Of a stretch of DNA of 64,000 nt, positions 10,280 through 24,300 are shown piece after piece (positions within the stretch are counted from its first letter, which is position 1; every line of letters starts with the position of its first letter). The translations under genes were made by a program, and so were the position numbers. The stretch comes from Blepharisma stoltei ATCC 30299 (Eukaryota > Protista > Ciliophora): NCBI GenBank assembly GCA_965603825.1, contig CBFDEM010000030.1, forward strand, positions 62,001-126,000, read 5' to 3'. The notes under the pieces were generated by a model. The model was given only the letters and a program-made list of their open reading frames with translations, was not told the DNA's origin and ran no database searches.

Positions 10280-13200
10280 GTTTTCAAGATGATTTAGGCT
10301 TAAATTGTCTTCAGTCATGCAATACTAAAAATTGTTATTATGGGCTGGGGTCTTGTCAGGAATGTTCTCCTGGCTGTAATAGTGAAATGCTTGGAGACAG
10401 TATTTGTGATAAATCTTGCAATATTGACTTATGTAATTATGATTTTGGAGATTGCAATAATAATCAATGCAATAAAGATTGCGAAAGCTGGATGATAGGA
10501 GACAATAATTGTAATGAAGAATGTAATAATGAAGCTTGCAATTGAGATGGAGGAGACTGTGACTGTTCTCAAGGCTGCCATTCTTATATGAAAAATAATG
10601 GAATCTTTAAAAAAAATTGTAATAATACAGCTTGTAATTATGACGGAGGAGATTGTGGGGAATGTGCGCCTGGGTGTTTAAAGTCCATCCTTGGGGATGG
10701 GATTTGTGATAGCGCTTGTAATATTAGTGGTTGCCATTATGATAATTACGACTGTGGCTGCTCTGAAGGCTGTAGCATAGAAAGTTATGGGCAATGCAAA
10801 GATTCTTGCATGAATTCTTATTGCCTGTATGACACTATTAGTGAGACAAGCCAATGCCAAAATCAAAATCTTGTTTTATTTTCTTTGCATTATGCTTTTA
10901 TTTCTAAAAACCTTAGTATAAATGTAAGCCCAGAAAATTGCACAAATACAACAAATTGCATAATTTCAGAGGCTCTTGATTCAAGTAGATGCCATACAAA
11001 TTGTAAAGCTTCCAGCTGTATTTATTCTTGAAATCAGTGCACAGAATACACTTGTGCTGACTCAAATTGCTTGTCTTGCAATTCTATAAGCTTAGGAGAT
11101 TGTTTTAAATGCAATACAAATACATATCAGTTCTACGGATATTGCCTTACTTCGTGCCCAGGAGGACATGAACCTATTAGCTTGCTTGGAAATTATCCAG
11201 TCTGTTTAATCCCTAAAGATTACTCCACAAGAGAAAACCCTGCAGTTTATTATGTGACCTCAAAGACAAGCACAGATGCTTATGAAGGAAATGGGACTTT
11301 TTCCAACCCATTTGCTTCAGTTTCCCTAGCTCTTGCTTCAATTTATACCAAATATTCTATTGTTTATTTATTAAATGATGGAGTTCATTATCTGACTTGC
11401 GCTAATTCATCAAATCCTGTAAGCACACTATTATCTGATCCTTGCAACCCTTTAATTCGCAACTATAACCTAACAAGTCTTCTAATTTCCTCCTATGATA
11501 ACTCAACAATCCTATTAAAAACCAAAGCAGGTAGCAAATTTCCTACTTTTACAATAACAAACATTACAACCTTAACTATAAAAAATATTATTTTCAATGG
11601 GGAAGATATCCTATCAAATTGCTCAGCAAGCCCTTATTGCTCTTATTGTGCTAATATTACACTAAAATCTGATGGATCTTACTACAACGATCAAGGAGTC
11701 AAAGTTTCATCTTTTCTGGCTTCGTCTGCATGCACTTCTTATCATTCCCCTACATTATTTAATCTGTATTTTGGATCTAAATTATCATTAGAAAACGTAA
11801 ATTTTATTTCCTGAAGAATGGAATTAAAATCAATAATTGCAAGCTACGGAGGGAATATTACTTTTAATAACGTAAATTTTGACAATATTCGATGCAATTG
11901 GATACCACAGACATCAGCTCAATCAGGCCAAACAGGACAAGATTGAAAATATGCCGTGGTTTATTTTCTTGATTGTGGAGACGAAAATTATAACTGTGGA
12001 AGTTTTGAGTATGCAAATGGAATTGTCTCAAGACTTAATAATGGCTATGAATATGGGGCAGCACAATTTTCAGGCTTTTTAAGTGCTGATAAAATTAGGA
12101 CTGTATATTTGGAAAATGTGACTTTTAGTAGTAATGTTGTATATAATCCTTATGCTTCATCTACAAGTTACTCTTTGATAAAACTAGCTTTATTTCGATC
12201 TCTTGAAGTATCTCACTGTGTATTTCAAAAAAATGCTGCTAATTATGGACTCATTTATTTGTCACCAACAACGTTAATCTTTAGAAATGATGTAAATTCT
12301 AATAATGAACTAATTGATTTACTGCTGTTTCATGTATATATACATGATACTATTTTTGAAAATAATTATGGACAATATGCAGGAATATTTTCAATTACTT
12401 ACAAGTCTCAGCTGCAAAACATTTTATTAAAAAATAATGTGATCAACTGAAACGGAGTGCTATCAGGACCTATAATGCAAATAGACAATCAGTATTTATA
12501 CTCAGATTATATAGTAGATACAAAGATCTCAATGAATAGCACGAATGGAACTTATGTTGAAGCGATTTATAAGAAGCGAGAATTTATATTAAAGGATTCT
12601 GTAATTACTAATAATTATTCTGGAGGAAAAGGAATTTTTGACATTACTCAGCTAGTCAATATACGTATATATAATTTGACGGTAGAGTCGAATGGTAGCT
12701 TAAAAACTCAAAATATCAATACAATTCTATGGGATTATTATGTTGCTGACAGCAATTTATATACAAAAAGAATTGTTTCTGATGCAGCTAGTATTGACTG
12801 CTTTGCCTTATGGTCAGCTTCCACTTGTTACAACTATGAAATATCTGAAAGCATTTTTCAAGCCAATATGTGTCAAAATTCCACTCCGTCTCTGGTCTAC
12901 TCACAAGTTGAGAACGCCAATATCACTAACTGTATTTTTGAAGGGAATATTGGCTCTGCTTATCAATCAGGGGTTTGTGTAGTATCTTCTTATGCAGAAA
13001 ATATGTGGATTCTTAATAAAATATTTAATAATAACACAAATTACCATTCTCAAGGAGCTGGACCTTTAACCTTTCTATATAGCTTGAAAAATGTAACGAT
13101 TATGGATACATTTATATCAAAAAATAGTGCAAATTATAGCTCAGGGATTGGCTTTATGGGTGGCTCATTAGTTTTGGATAACGTGACATTTGAAGCTAAT

Positions 13201-16200
13201 AGAGCCATGCTAGGATTCGGGGTTATTTATTTTACTGTTTATACAGAAATAGATACTCATTTACTTGAAATAAAAAATTCGGTTTTTGAAGAAAATCAAA
13301 TTTTCAGTGTAAATGCAGGAGCAATTTATCTATTAGGCAATTTATTGACACAAGAAGTTATCACTTTGTCTATAGAAAATACTTTTTTTATGAAAAATTC
13401 TGCACCAAGTGGTTCAGCGATATATATAGAAAGTAGTGTAATTCTTTCAGATAATTCAAGAATAGACTCTTGCACTTTTTCCCAAAATTCTGCTCAAAAT
13501 AAAGGGACTATTGTAAACTTATCTCAATATGGGATTCTTAATATCTCAAATTCCTTATTTATTTCTAACTATGCAGAGCTTGGGTCTGCTTTATATTTCG
13601 CTTCTTCAGCAAATGTCGGATCTGGAAAATCCAGAATGATTTTTAATTCTTGCACTTTTAATCTTAATTCAGGAAAAAATGTTATATGCACCAATGATAT
13701 GGCAATTTATTCTTATATTGAAACGGCAAAATGTATTTTTCAAAAAAATGAAGGGGTTGCAGTTTATCTTGTAAGCGATTATTGGAAAGATACTGAGTCT
13801 ATTATAGCGAATTCAACGATGACTGATGGAGCTGTCTATTTAACGTCGAATTCCACAGTTTATTGTGTGTCAACGTCTTTTATTAATAATACTTCGACAA
13901 AAAATGCAGGGGCAGTCAGAGCTGAAGGAAACTCCTATTTTTATTGTAATAACTGCATTTTTCACCAAAATAGTGCTAAAAATGGAGGAGCCCTTTATTT
14001 TGATCAATTATCTTATTTTACTATAGAAAATTCAGTTTTTAGTAATAATCATTGTAAAAAAAAGGGTCAGCAATTTATGTGATAGGCTCAAATGATTATA
14101 ATATTCTGAGCAACTCGGAATTATACGACAATTATGCACAAGCTGAAGGCTTAATTTATTCGCTTACAGCAAATATTAAAATTGATAACTGCGAAATATA
14201 CAATAATAAGGCTGATGGGATTACGCCAGGGGTTTATTTAACTCTTTCAAATGCTACTATTACCAATTCACAATTCAATAATCATCAAGGAGATTATGGA
14301 AGCTTCATCTATTTATCTTCTGACAGTGAATTAATTGCAACAAATTCAAGCTTTACTAATGGAATTGCTTCTTTATCAGGCGGATCTATCTTCACTTTAT
14401 CTAGCTCTGTCAGTCTCAAAAGCTGCATCTTTGAAAAATCGACTTCTCATATTGCTAATACAATATTATCATTTTCGACAAATTTAGATATTTCTCAATG
14501 CCAATTTTTAAATTCTTATAGTATAGGCACGGATTCTGTTATAAATATTTTTGGGGGGAAAATTTCTTTAGAAAATTCATTATTTGACAACTTTACATAT
14601 TCAGCTATTAGTGGATTGGAAATAAAATCTTTGGAAGTTATAAATACAATCTTTAAAAATAGCCAAGGAAAAGTCGGAGGAGTACTCAGCTGCTCAGATA
14701 CTGACTATATATATATAGACTCATGCAAATTCGTTAATAACACATCCATTTATGGCGGAGCTTTATATTTTACATTTACAGATAACACAATTAATAGTCA
14801 GACTTATAAAATACTCTCTACTGAGTTTGTAAATAACACGTCATCAGCTGGAGGAGCAATTTATGTGGATAATATAAATATCGATATAAATTCATGCAAT
14901 TTTTATGAAAATAAAGCAATTGCGACTTCTCAATCATCTGAATCTAGCCACGAGTCAGGAATAGGAGGAGCTATAAAACTTGGGTGCAGCTATTCAGGAG
15001 AATGCAGCTTTAATGTATCTGATAATAATTTTGAAAAAAATCAAGCAGAATATGAAGGAGGAGCCATAGTTTGAAAAGAAGTCATGCCAAATTTCAAAAG
15101 TAATACATTTAAAAGCAATAAAGCAGTATATGGTGAAAATATTGCTTCATACCCAGTATCCATGAAAATTATTAATACGAATTGAACAGGGCAGCTCAAA
15201 GATATAGCGTCTGGGCAAGTATCAAGTACCCCTCTGTTTGTTGCTCTTACTGATCACTTAGGCGCTGTTGTTAGTACTGATAATTCCAGTGTTGGTGAAT
15301 TAATATCTCTTTCTCAAGGTGTTATTTTATCAGGTGAGCTTAAGGTTACAGCGACCAGTGGAGTTTTCAATTTTTCCTCTTTTGTGATTTCTGCGGAGCC
15401 TGGCACAAGTTTTGAAATAGAAGTTCAAACTACTGGAATTGATACCTCAAAAAGTGCCAAAGCTAGAGACGGATTGACTTATAATTCAAGTATACTTGTT
15501 AACGTTACTTTAAGGCATTGTGTTTTAGGAGAAGCTAGAGTTGGTGTTAATTGTGTTGCCTGTCCAAAGGATTTTTACAGTTTAGATCCGCAAAATGATC
15601 AATGTTTTCCTTGCCCTGATGAGGCTATTTGTTATGGAAATTACACGATGGTTCCTAAACCAGGATATTGAAGATTTAGCATGCTAAGTAAAAAATTTTG
15701 ACCTTGTCCTAATTCAGATGCCTGCATTGGCTCTGATTCACAAAATATATCGTATACGGGAAATTGCCTTGAAGGATACACTGGGAATTTATGTCAAAGC
15801 TGTGCAAAATGGTACTCTAGCCAATCAAAAAATCAATGTTCAAAATGTCAAAGCCTTACTGTAATTACTATAAAAGCTACTGGAATTGCCCTTGGATTTC
15901 TTATACTTTGCTGATTTATAACAAGAACTTCTTACAACTCTGCATATAAACCAAAATCATTATCAAGCATTTATATCAAAATTCTAATCAATTATTTTCA
16001 GCTGATTTCTTTAACTACCACTTTTAGCCTATCTTGGCCAAATTATGTAAAAGAACTATTTTCTATCCAAAATAACGCAAGTTTTATAAGTGACCAAATT
16101 TTTTCATTTGACTGTTTTTTATATCACAATAAAGCTTTTTGAGAAGAAACTGCTATTTATTACCAAAAATTGTTCATTATGGCGATTTTGCCATTTTCTA

Positions 16201-18309
16201 TTCCTCTCATTTCTGCTATTTATTGGCTTTTTGTGTCATTAGTAAAAAAATCCTTTTCATTAGCATGAAACAATATAGTCACAAATTCAATTATTGCTTC
16301 ATTTTTAATCCACCCAAGCTTAATAAAGTACTATTTTAGCTCTTTTGATTGCACAGAGCTAGATGACAATAAGTATTGGCTGATAAGTGACTTAAATTTA
16401 CGATGCTGGGGTAGCCAGCATGTTTTTAATATAGCCGCCATATCCTTACCTGCAATTCTTGTATGGGAAATCAGGATGCCGACAATGTGTTTATTTATGC
16501 TACTAAAAAATAGAGGTCAGCTAGATAATATTAATATGAGAATTAAATACGGTTTTCTATACAACGGATACAAGCCAGAAAGTTATTATTGGGAATTTGT
16601 GATTATTTATAGAAAAATTGGGATTATTTGTGTTACTGTATTTTTGGCTTCAGTCTCAGTTAGCATGCAAGCACTTACTGCTGTTTCTGTTTTAGTAGCA
16701 AGTTTGTATTTTCAATTTAAAATAAAACCTTATAATGGAGATGACCTCAATAGGCTTGAAGCAATATCTATTTCTGCATCAACAGTAACAATTTATTGTG
16801 GAATGTATTATTTAACTGGATCTCTAGATTACTTTACTGAACTTATGTTTTTTATTATAATTGTTTTAGCTAATTTGTCTTTCATGATATACTGAGGATT
16901 TAAATTAGGAAGTGCCTATATAGCTATTATAAAAGAAAAATTATTCGATTTTAGAAAAAAATTCCGAGTAAAAGATTCGAGCAGTACAACTAACTTCACC
17001 TTAAAACAAAGGAAATGAATTGAAATAGCTGATCGAGAAAATTCTCCAAAAATGATAGATTTTAGCAAAATTTCAATGATAGATTTATTTTTAGGAAAAC
17101 TAAAAGGAGGGTCTTCCAGCAGATATATGATAAATAAAGAAGATTTTAGTATAGAAGACGAGCAAAAGGACTTAGATAAAATTAATATCGAGGAAAAAAT
17201 TATTTTTTCAGATAAAATAGCTTCAGAAAGTGTGCCATGCGAATGGACTGAAAGTTTCAGGATGCATAATTTAAATGCTATAACCTATTAAGTATATATA
17301 TTTATTATTTTGTTTAGCTTGCAAACTAAATAATCATCATTATACCATATGGATCAATAACAAGAACACTCCAAACATATTTTACTTGACTATTTAATAT
17401 GAAAATATAAAGAATTATTTAATTGAATTTTTTTGTCTTGCTAAGCAATTCAAATATATGTATTATCATAATGAGCATTAAAAAGGCTATGATTTAACTG
17501 CCCACAAAGTCTTTAGGAAGAGGAGAAAAGCAAAATACTTAAGAAGGTGGTATGGTATAATATTTTTTTTCAAATTCAAAAATTAAGCATGAAAAGAGTT
17601 CATAGAATAATTCGGCATAAGAAATGAAGCAACGCAACGATTCATATTTTTATTCTTTCTAATTTTATATTGAAATTGCTTCTTGAAAGAAGTTTTCTCA
17701 AGTATTTAATAAATGTAATAAATTTTTGAACCTTAAATATAATAATCATAATTAAATAAAATTATTGAAATTAAAGTTTAAGTTGCAGGTTTTTACGGCT
17801 ACTCTGGCCACTGTGTTAGAGTTAAGGGCCTGAAACTTGTTTTGGGTTATAAAATGACTTTTTGAATCAAATTGGCAAATTTTGTTTAGGAAATATTTAG
17901 ACGCTATACCATATTTATTTTAAGAATCAATAAGGAACTCTCTATTGAGAAAATAGAGTTTTAACCCAATCTCATCATAAAGCGGAAGACACCTAAACTT
18001 TTCTACAACTTCGCAGCATTTCTTTGCAAAATAACATTGCTCAAAGCAGTAACAATAAATGCCAATAAATTATAAATCAATAAGGATTATTATAATAAAT
18101 AAGTAAAAAAAGCATAGGGTGCCAGATAAATTTATTTTTTGATTTAAAATATGTTATAAATCGTAGCTTTTGAATATGCAAACCTTTTGGGACATTATTG
18201 TTTTACTATTTTATTTCTAAAATTAAGCCCATCATAATTTTAAGGTTTTACTTAAGGTTAACTTATAAAACTGATGAATTTTACCAGATAAAAATAAAGG
18301 AACAAAAGT

Positions 18310-21300
18310 ATGAAAATAAACTTTTTCTTTTCATTACTGATACCTTCTTGGTCAATGATAGAAGACTTCTTATGCAATTCATATTGATGCCCTTCTTCAT
18401 CGGTAACTTTAACATAGAAAGGAGATGGAATTTGCGATCCTAACTGTATGGTTTCATTTTGCAATTTTGATTCAAATTCAACTACAAACCCAATGATAAA
18501 TCCTAAAAATTCAGATTGTTATCAATCATGCATAAACGATTACTCTTGCTTACCTTCTAATCTTGGAAATGGAGTTTGCGATCAAAATTGCAATAATCCT
18601 ATTTGTGGCTATGATTTAGGAGATTGTGGGTACTGTTCTTCAGACTGTAAAGGCTATTTAGGTTTCCAAGATGATTTAAGCACAGGCTGTTCTGATTCTT
18701 GTGATAATAAAAATTGCTATTTTGGTTTAGGAATTTGTAATGATTGCTCACCTGGCTGTAGCCGAGAAATGCTTGGAGATGGGATTTGTGATAAATCTTG
18801 CAATGTTTTTTCTTGCAATTATGATTTTGGAGACTGCACGAATAATCAATGTAGCCCAGACTGTGAACTTTGAATGATAGGAGACAATAATTGCAATAGT
18901 GAGTGCAATAACCTATCTTGCAATTGAGATGGTGGGGATTGTGACTGTTCTCAAGGCTGTCACTCTTATATGGAATCAAATGGAGTTTGTAATACAGCTT
19001 GTGATACACCAGCTTGTGATTATGATGGAGGAGACTGCCAAAAATGTGCTCCAGGCTGCTTAAAGTCTATGCTTGGAGATGGAGTGTGCAATTCTGCTTG
19101 TAATGTAAGCGATTGCCATTATGATAATTATGATTGTGGCTGTGCTGATGGCTGCAGCATAGCAAATTATGGACAATGCCAAGACTCCTGCATGAATTCA
19201 TTTTGCCGATATGATACTATTAGTAGCACTTCTCAATGCCAAAACTCAAACCAGATTTTATTCGCCTTACATTATGGGTTTATTTTTAAAAATCTTACGA
19301 TCAATGTAAGCCCAGATAACTGTACAAGTGTAACAAGCTGTTTATCTACTGAAGTTCTTGATCCAAGCTCTTGCCATACAAATTGTAAGAAATCCTCTTG
19401 CATCAATTCGTGAAATATGTGTGCGACCAATACCTGTGCTGATTCTAATTGCTTAATTTGCAATACAAAAAGCTTAGGAGATTGTTTTAAATGCAGCATA
19501 AGTACTTATCAGTTTTATGGTTATTGCCTTACTAGATGCCCAGGTGGCCATGAAGCTGTTAATTTACTAGGAAATTATCCTGCTTGTTTACTTCCTATCG
19601 ATTACTCGACAAATGATAACCCAGCAGTCTATTACGTGACTTCACAAAACACAACTGACATCTATGGCGGAAATGGGACTCTTATCAATCCTTATACTTC
19701 TATTTCTCTGGCTCTTGCTTCAATTTATAATAAATACGCAATCATTTATCTATTAAATGATGGAGATTATTATTTTATCTGTTTGAATACGTCAAATCCT
19801 GTTAGTACCACATTGGTTGATGTCTGCAACCCTCTGAACAGAAGTTTCAACTTAGCAAGCCTCCTAATTACTTCTTATGACAATTCCACAATTATGATTA
19901 AAACAAAGCCAGAAGCCAGATTCCCCACAATTACAATAACAAATTCTACAACCCTTACAATAAAAAATGTTGTTTTCAGCGGAAAAGATATTTTCTGAAA
20001 TTGTTCATCAGAGACAAATACTTACTGTTCTTATTGTGGCAATATTACATTTAAGTCTGATGGATATTACAGTGATCAAGGCACCAAAGTTTCTAGTTAT
20101 ATCCCCCAGTCGATTTGCAACACTGGTCATTCAAGAACTTTATTTAATATGTATTTGAATTCCAAGCTAGTTCTGAGAAATGTCAACTTTACTGACTGGA
20201 GAATGGAGCTAAAATCACTTATAACCAGCTATGGAGGAAATATCACACTCAATAATGTAAATTTTGATAATATCAGGTGCTATTGAACAGTTACATTCAC
20301 AACGCAGCCAGGTCAAAACCCCCCACCTCAAGGTAAGGACTCAGTAATATATTTTCTGGATTGTGGAGATCCTAATTATAATTGTGGAAGCTTTGAGTAT
20401 ACAAACGGAGTGGTTTCAAGGCTTAATAATGGCTATGAATATGGGTCAGCACAATTTTCAGGATTTTTAAGTGCAGATAAAATCAGAAATGTAAAACTGA
20501 AAAATGTGACTTTTGTTAACAATGTTGTATATACCCCTTATGTCGTATCTAATACTTATTCTCTTATAAAATTAGCGCTATTCAGATCAATTGAGATTTC
20601 TCATTGTGTTTTTGATAAGAATATTGCTAATTATGGGCTTATTTATTTGTTTCCGACAACATTGGCGTTTAGGAACGATGTTAATTCTCATGGAGAGCTG
20701 ATTGATTTATTACTTTATCATGTTTATATACATGATACAACTTTTAAAAATAATTTTGGACAATATGCAGAAATTTTGTCAATTACTTATCTGAATCAAT
20801 TACAAAGGATTTTATTGGAAAATTTATTTATCAATGGAAATGGAGTGTTGTCTGGCCCTTTGATATCAATCAACAATAATTATTATTCTTCTCAATATAT
20901 TGCTGATACAATTATAACTATAAATGATACAAAAGGAAATATTGTTGATACTACATTTAAGAAACGAGATTTTATTTTTAAGAATTCAATTATTACAAAT
21001 AATTACTCAGGTGGATATGGAATTTTTGCTATAACTCAACTATTCAACATGCGTTTGCAAAATCTGACTGTAGAATCTAATGGAAGCCTGGACATTCAAA
21101 ATATCAATACGATCCTATGAAGTTACTATGTAGCTGATAGCAATTTATACACAAACATACTTGTTTCCAGTCCAGCTAATATAGATTGTCTTGCCTTGTG
21201 GTCTGCTTCCTCTTGCTATAATCATGAAATATCAGAAAGTACATTTATAAATAATATTTGTAAATACAATAGTCCATCTATATATTATTATCAAGTCCAG

Positions 21301-24300
21301 AATGCTAATTTTACTGATATTACTTTTGAAAGAAATATAGGCGCTTCTTGGTATGGGATTTGCATAGTAACTCAAAATGCAGGAGATGTAAGAATTTCTA
21401 GTTCGGCATTCAATAATAATACAAATAGTCTTGCCCAAGGCTGTGGAGCGTTGAGTTTTATTGATAGCCTGACAAGTGTAGTTATAGAAGATACGATAAT
21501 ATCAAATAATTCTGCAGGCTATAATCCTGGCATTTATTTTTCAGATGGCTCATTACTACTGAACAATGTGACTGTTGTGTCAAATACAGCCAGTTCAGGG
21601 CTTGGAGCTATCTATTTTTCACTTTACACAGCAGAAACCCATGAAATAAAAATAACAAATTCAGTATTTAAAGAAAATATCAGTCTTGACGCTAAAGGAG
21701 GAGCGATATTTATATCTGGCTACATATTATCCCAAGATCCAATTTCTTTGTATTTAAAAGACAATTTGTTTATCTCTAATTGAGCACCAAGCGGTTCAGC
21801 AATATATATAGATAGCAACGTTGTTCTTTCAAATAACTCTATTATAGAATCCTGCAAATTTATGTATAACACTGCTGAATCCAAAGGAACGATTACAAAT
21901 TTATTTCAATATGGAATTCTTAATATCTCGGATTCTTTATTTGTTGCCAATTATGCTGAACTTGGCTCAGCTTTATTTTTTTCGAGCTCAGAAGAGTCAA
22001 ATCCTGAAAAATCTAAAATGATTCTGACTTCATGCAATTTTACAGAAAATTCAGGGAAAAATGTGTTGTGTACTGATGATATGGCGATTTATTCTTATAT
22101 TGAGACTGTTAAATGCATTTTTCAAAAAAATGAAGGACTTGCTATTTCACTTATTCATGATTATTGGAAAGACACTGAGTCTATTATAGCAAATTCTACA
22201 ATGACAGCAGGGACTGTTTATTTGGCCTCAAATGCTACTGCTGATTGTGAATTGACAAGTTTTACGAACAATACTTCAACAAAATATGCAGGGGCAATCA
22301 GAGCTGAAGGCAGCTCATATTTTCACTGCAGCTACTGCAATTTTTACCAAAACAGTGCTAAATATGGAGGAGTCCTTTATTTTGACCAATTATCTTATTT
22401 TAATATTGAAAATTCAAAATTTAGCAATAATTTTTGTACTGATAAAGGCGCAGTTATATATGTGATCGGATCAGATGAACATTGCGTTTTGAAAAGTTCT
22501 AAACTGTTTAATAATTATGCAGAATCAGAAGGCTTAATATACTCTCTTACATCGAACATTAAAATAGATAATTGTCAAATTTTTGATAACACTGCTAATA
22601 GAATTACCCCAGGAATTTATTTGACGCTCTCAAATGCCACAATCACCAATTCCCAATTTCATGATCAGGAAGGTAATTATGGAAGCTTTATCTATTTAGC
22701 TTCTGACAGCTGATTAACTGTTATGAATTCAAGCTTTAAAAATGGAAAATCTTATGCTTCTGGTGGCTCAATATATGCTCTTTCAAGCTCTTTAACCCTA
22801 GATAATACTGTATTTGAAAATTCAGTTTCCACTACTGGAAACGCAATATTAGCTTTTTCAACAAATCTAAATATATCTCAATCCCAATTCTTAAACACCT
22901 ACAGTTCAGGTTCTGGAGGAGTTATAAACATTTTTGGTAATGATATTTTAATTGAAAAATCGATTTTTGAAAATTTTACGTATTCAGCGATTGATGGCAC
23001 AGAAATCGAATCTTTAACGATTACAGAAACGAGCTTTAAAAACAGTGCAGGGAAAGTGGGAGGAGCAATCAGCTGCGCAAATACTGATTATGTTTATATT
23101 GATTCTTGCAATTTCGAAAATAATACATCACTCTATGGTGGAGCTATATACTCTACTTTTACATCTAATACAATTAATAGCCAGCCTTATGAAATCATTT
23201 CTACTAAGTTTTTAAATAATACATCATCAGCAGGTGGGGCAATTTTTTTGGACAATATAAATATTAATATTAAATCCTGCGAATTTTACAATAATACAGC
23301 ATGGAATATTTTGCAACTGATTGAAAATACGCATGAATCAGGAATAGGAGGAGCGATAAAGTTAGGCTGTAGCTATTCAGGAATATGCAGTTTTAATGTG
23401 TTTTCTAATAATTTTACAGGAAATTCAGCAGGATATGAAGGAGGAGCAATAGTTTGAAGAGAAGTCATGCCAAAATTTGAAAATAATTTATTTGAAAACA
23501 ATGAAGCTAAATATGGAGAAAATATAGCTTCATATCCTGTTAGCATGAAAATTATGAATTTAAATTGGGATGGCGGATTAGCTGATTTGGCTTCTGGGCA
23601 GTTAACTACAACTCCACTAGTTATTGGCCTCATTGATCATTTAGGTTCAGTTGTTACCACTGACTATTCTAGTGTCGGCGAATTAATATCTCTTTCACAA
23701 GGTGTAGTTTTATCAGGCGAACTTAAAGTTACAGCCATCAGCGGAATTTTTACTTTTTCTTCATTTGTAATTTCTGCGGAGCCTGGCAGCAATTTTGCTA
23801 TAGAAATTCAAACAAATGGAATTGATGCATCCAAAAGTATAAAAGCGAACGATGGGATTAATTATCAATCAAGTATCCTTGTAGATGTAGCTTTAAGAAG
23901 TTGTGTTTTAGGAGAAGCTACGGTTGGGGTTAATTGTGTCGTTTGTCCAAAAGATTTTTATAGCTTAAACCCAATGAATGAGCAGTGTTTAGCATGTCCT
24001 GATGAGGCAATTTGTTATGGAAACTACACAATGGTGCCTAAGCCGGGCTATTGAAGGTCTGATATGCTAAGCATAAAATTTTGGTCTTGCCCTAATTCAA
24101 AAGCTTGCATTGGCTCTGATCCTCAAAATATTTCTTACACAGGAGACTGCAAAAAAGGATATACTGGAAATTTATGCCAAAGCTGTTCTGAAGGTTACTC
24201 TAAGATAATGAAAAATGAATGCGCAAAATGCCAAAATCTTTCTATAATTATCATAAAAATATCAGGAATTGGGCTTGGATTTCTTATACTTTGCTGGCTA

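Larger units (their letters stand above)
9927..17291 (+). pseudogene. LNR-repeat / beta-helix / multi-TM receptor-like gene, copy 1, with a 1-nt frameshift (pseudogene or homopolymer sequencing error)
   Basis: Full-length paralog of copies 2-5 with ATG at 9927 and introns 10020-10034 and 10264-10279. The frame shifts at the A8 run 14056-14063, and several conserved residues are substituted. Confidence 0.65.

Noticed and set aside
10543-10545. TGA as selenocysteine or Cys in the Cys-rich repeats (CN*DGGDC)
   Set aside because: The position aligns with the aromatic residue of the LNR motif (Y/F/W-DGGDC), not with Cys. The ARF WD motif also requires Trp.
14054-14070. GTAAAAAAAAGGGTCAG as a 17-nt intron that would repair the copy-1 frameshift
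   Set aside because: It would restore the frame, but it removes residues conserved in all paralogs (C.K.G), has a G-rich 3' half unlike every other intron here, and has no counterpart in the other copies. RNA-seq could overturn this.
17810-17830. TGTGTTAGAGTTAAGGG resembling a heterotrich telomeric repeat (TGTTAGGG)
   Set aside because: No exact unit and no tandem array; expected by chance.
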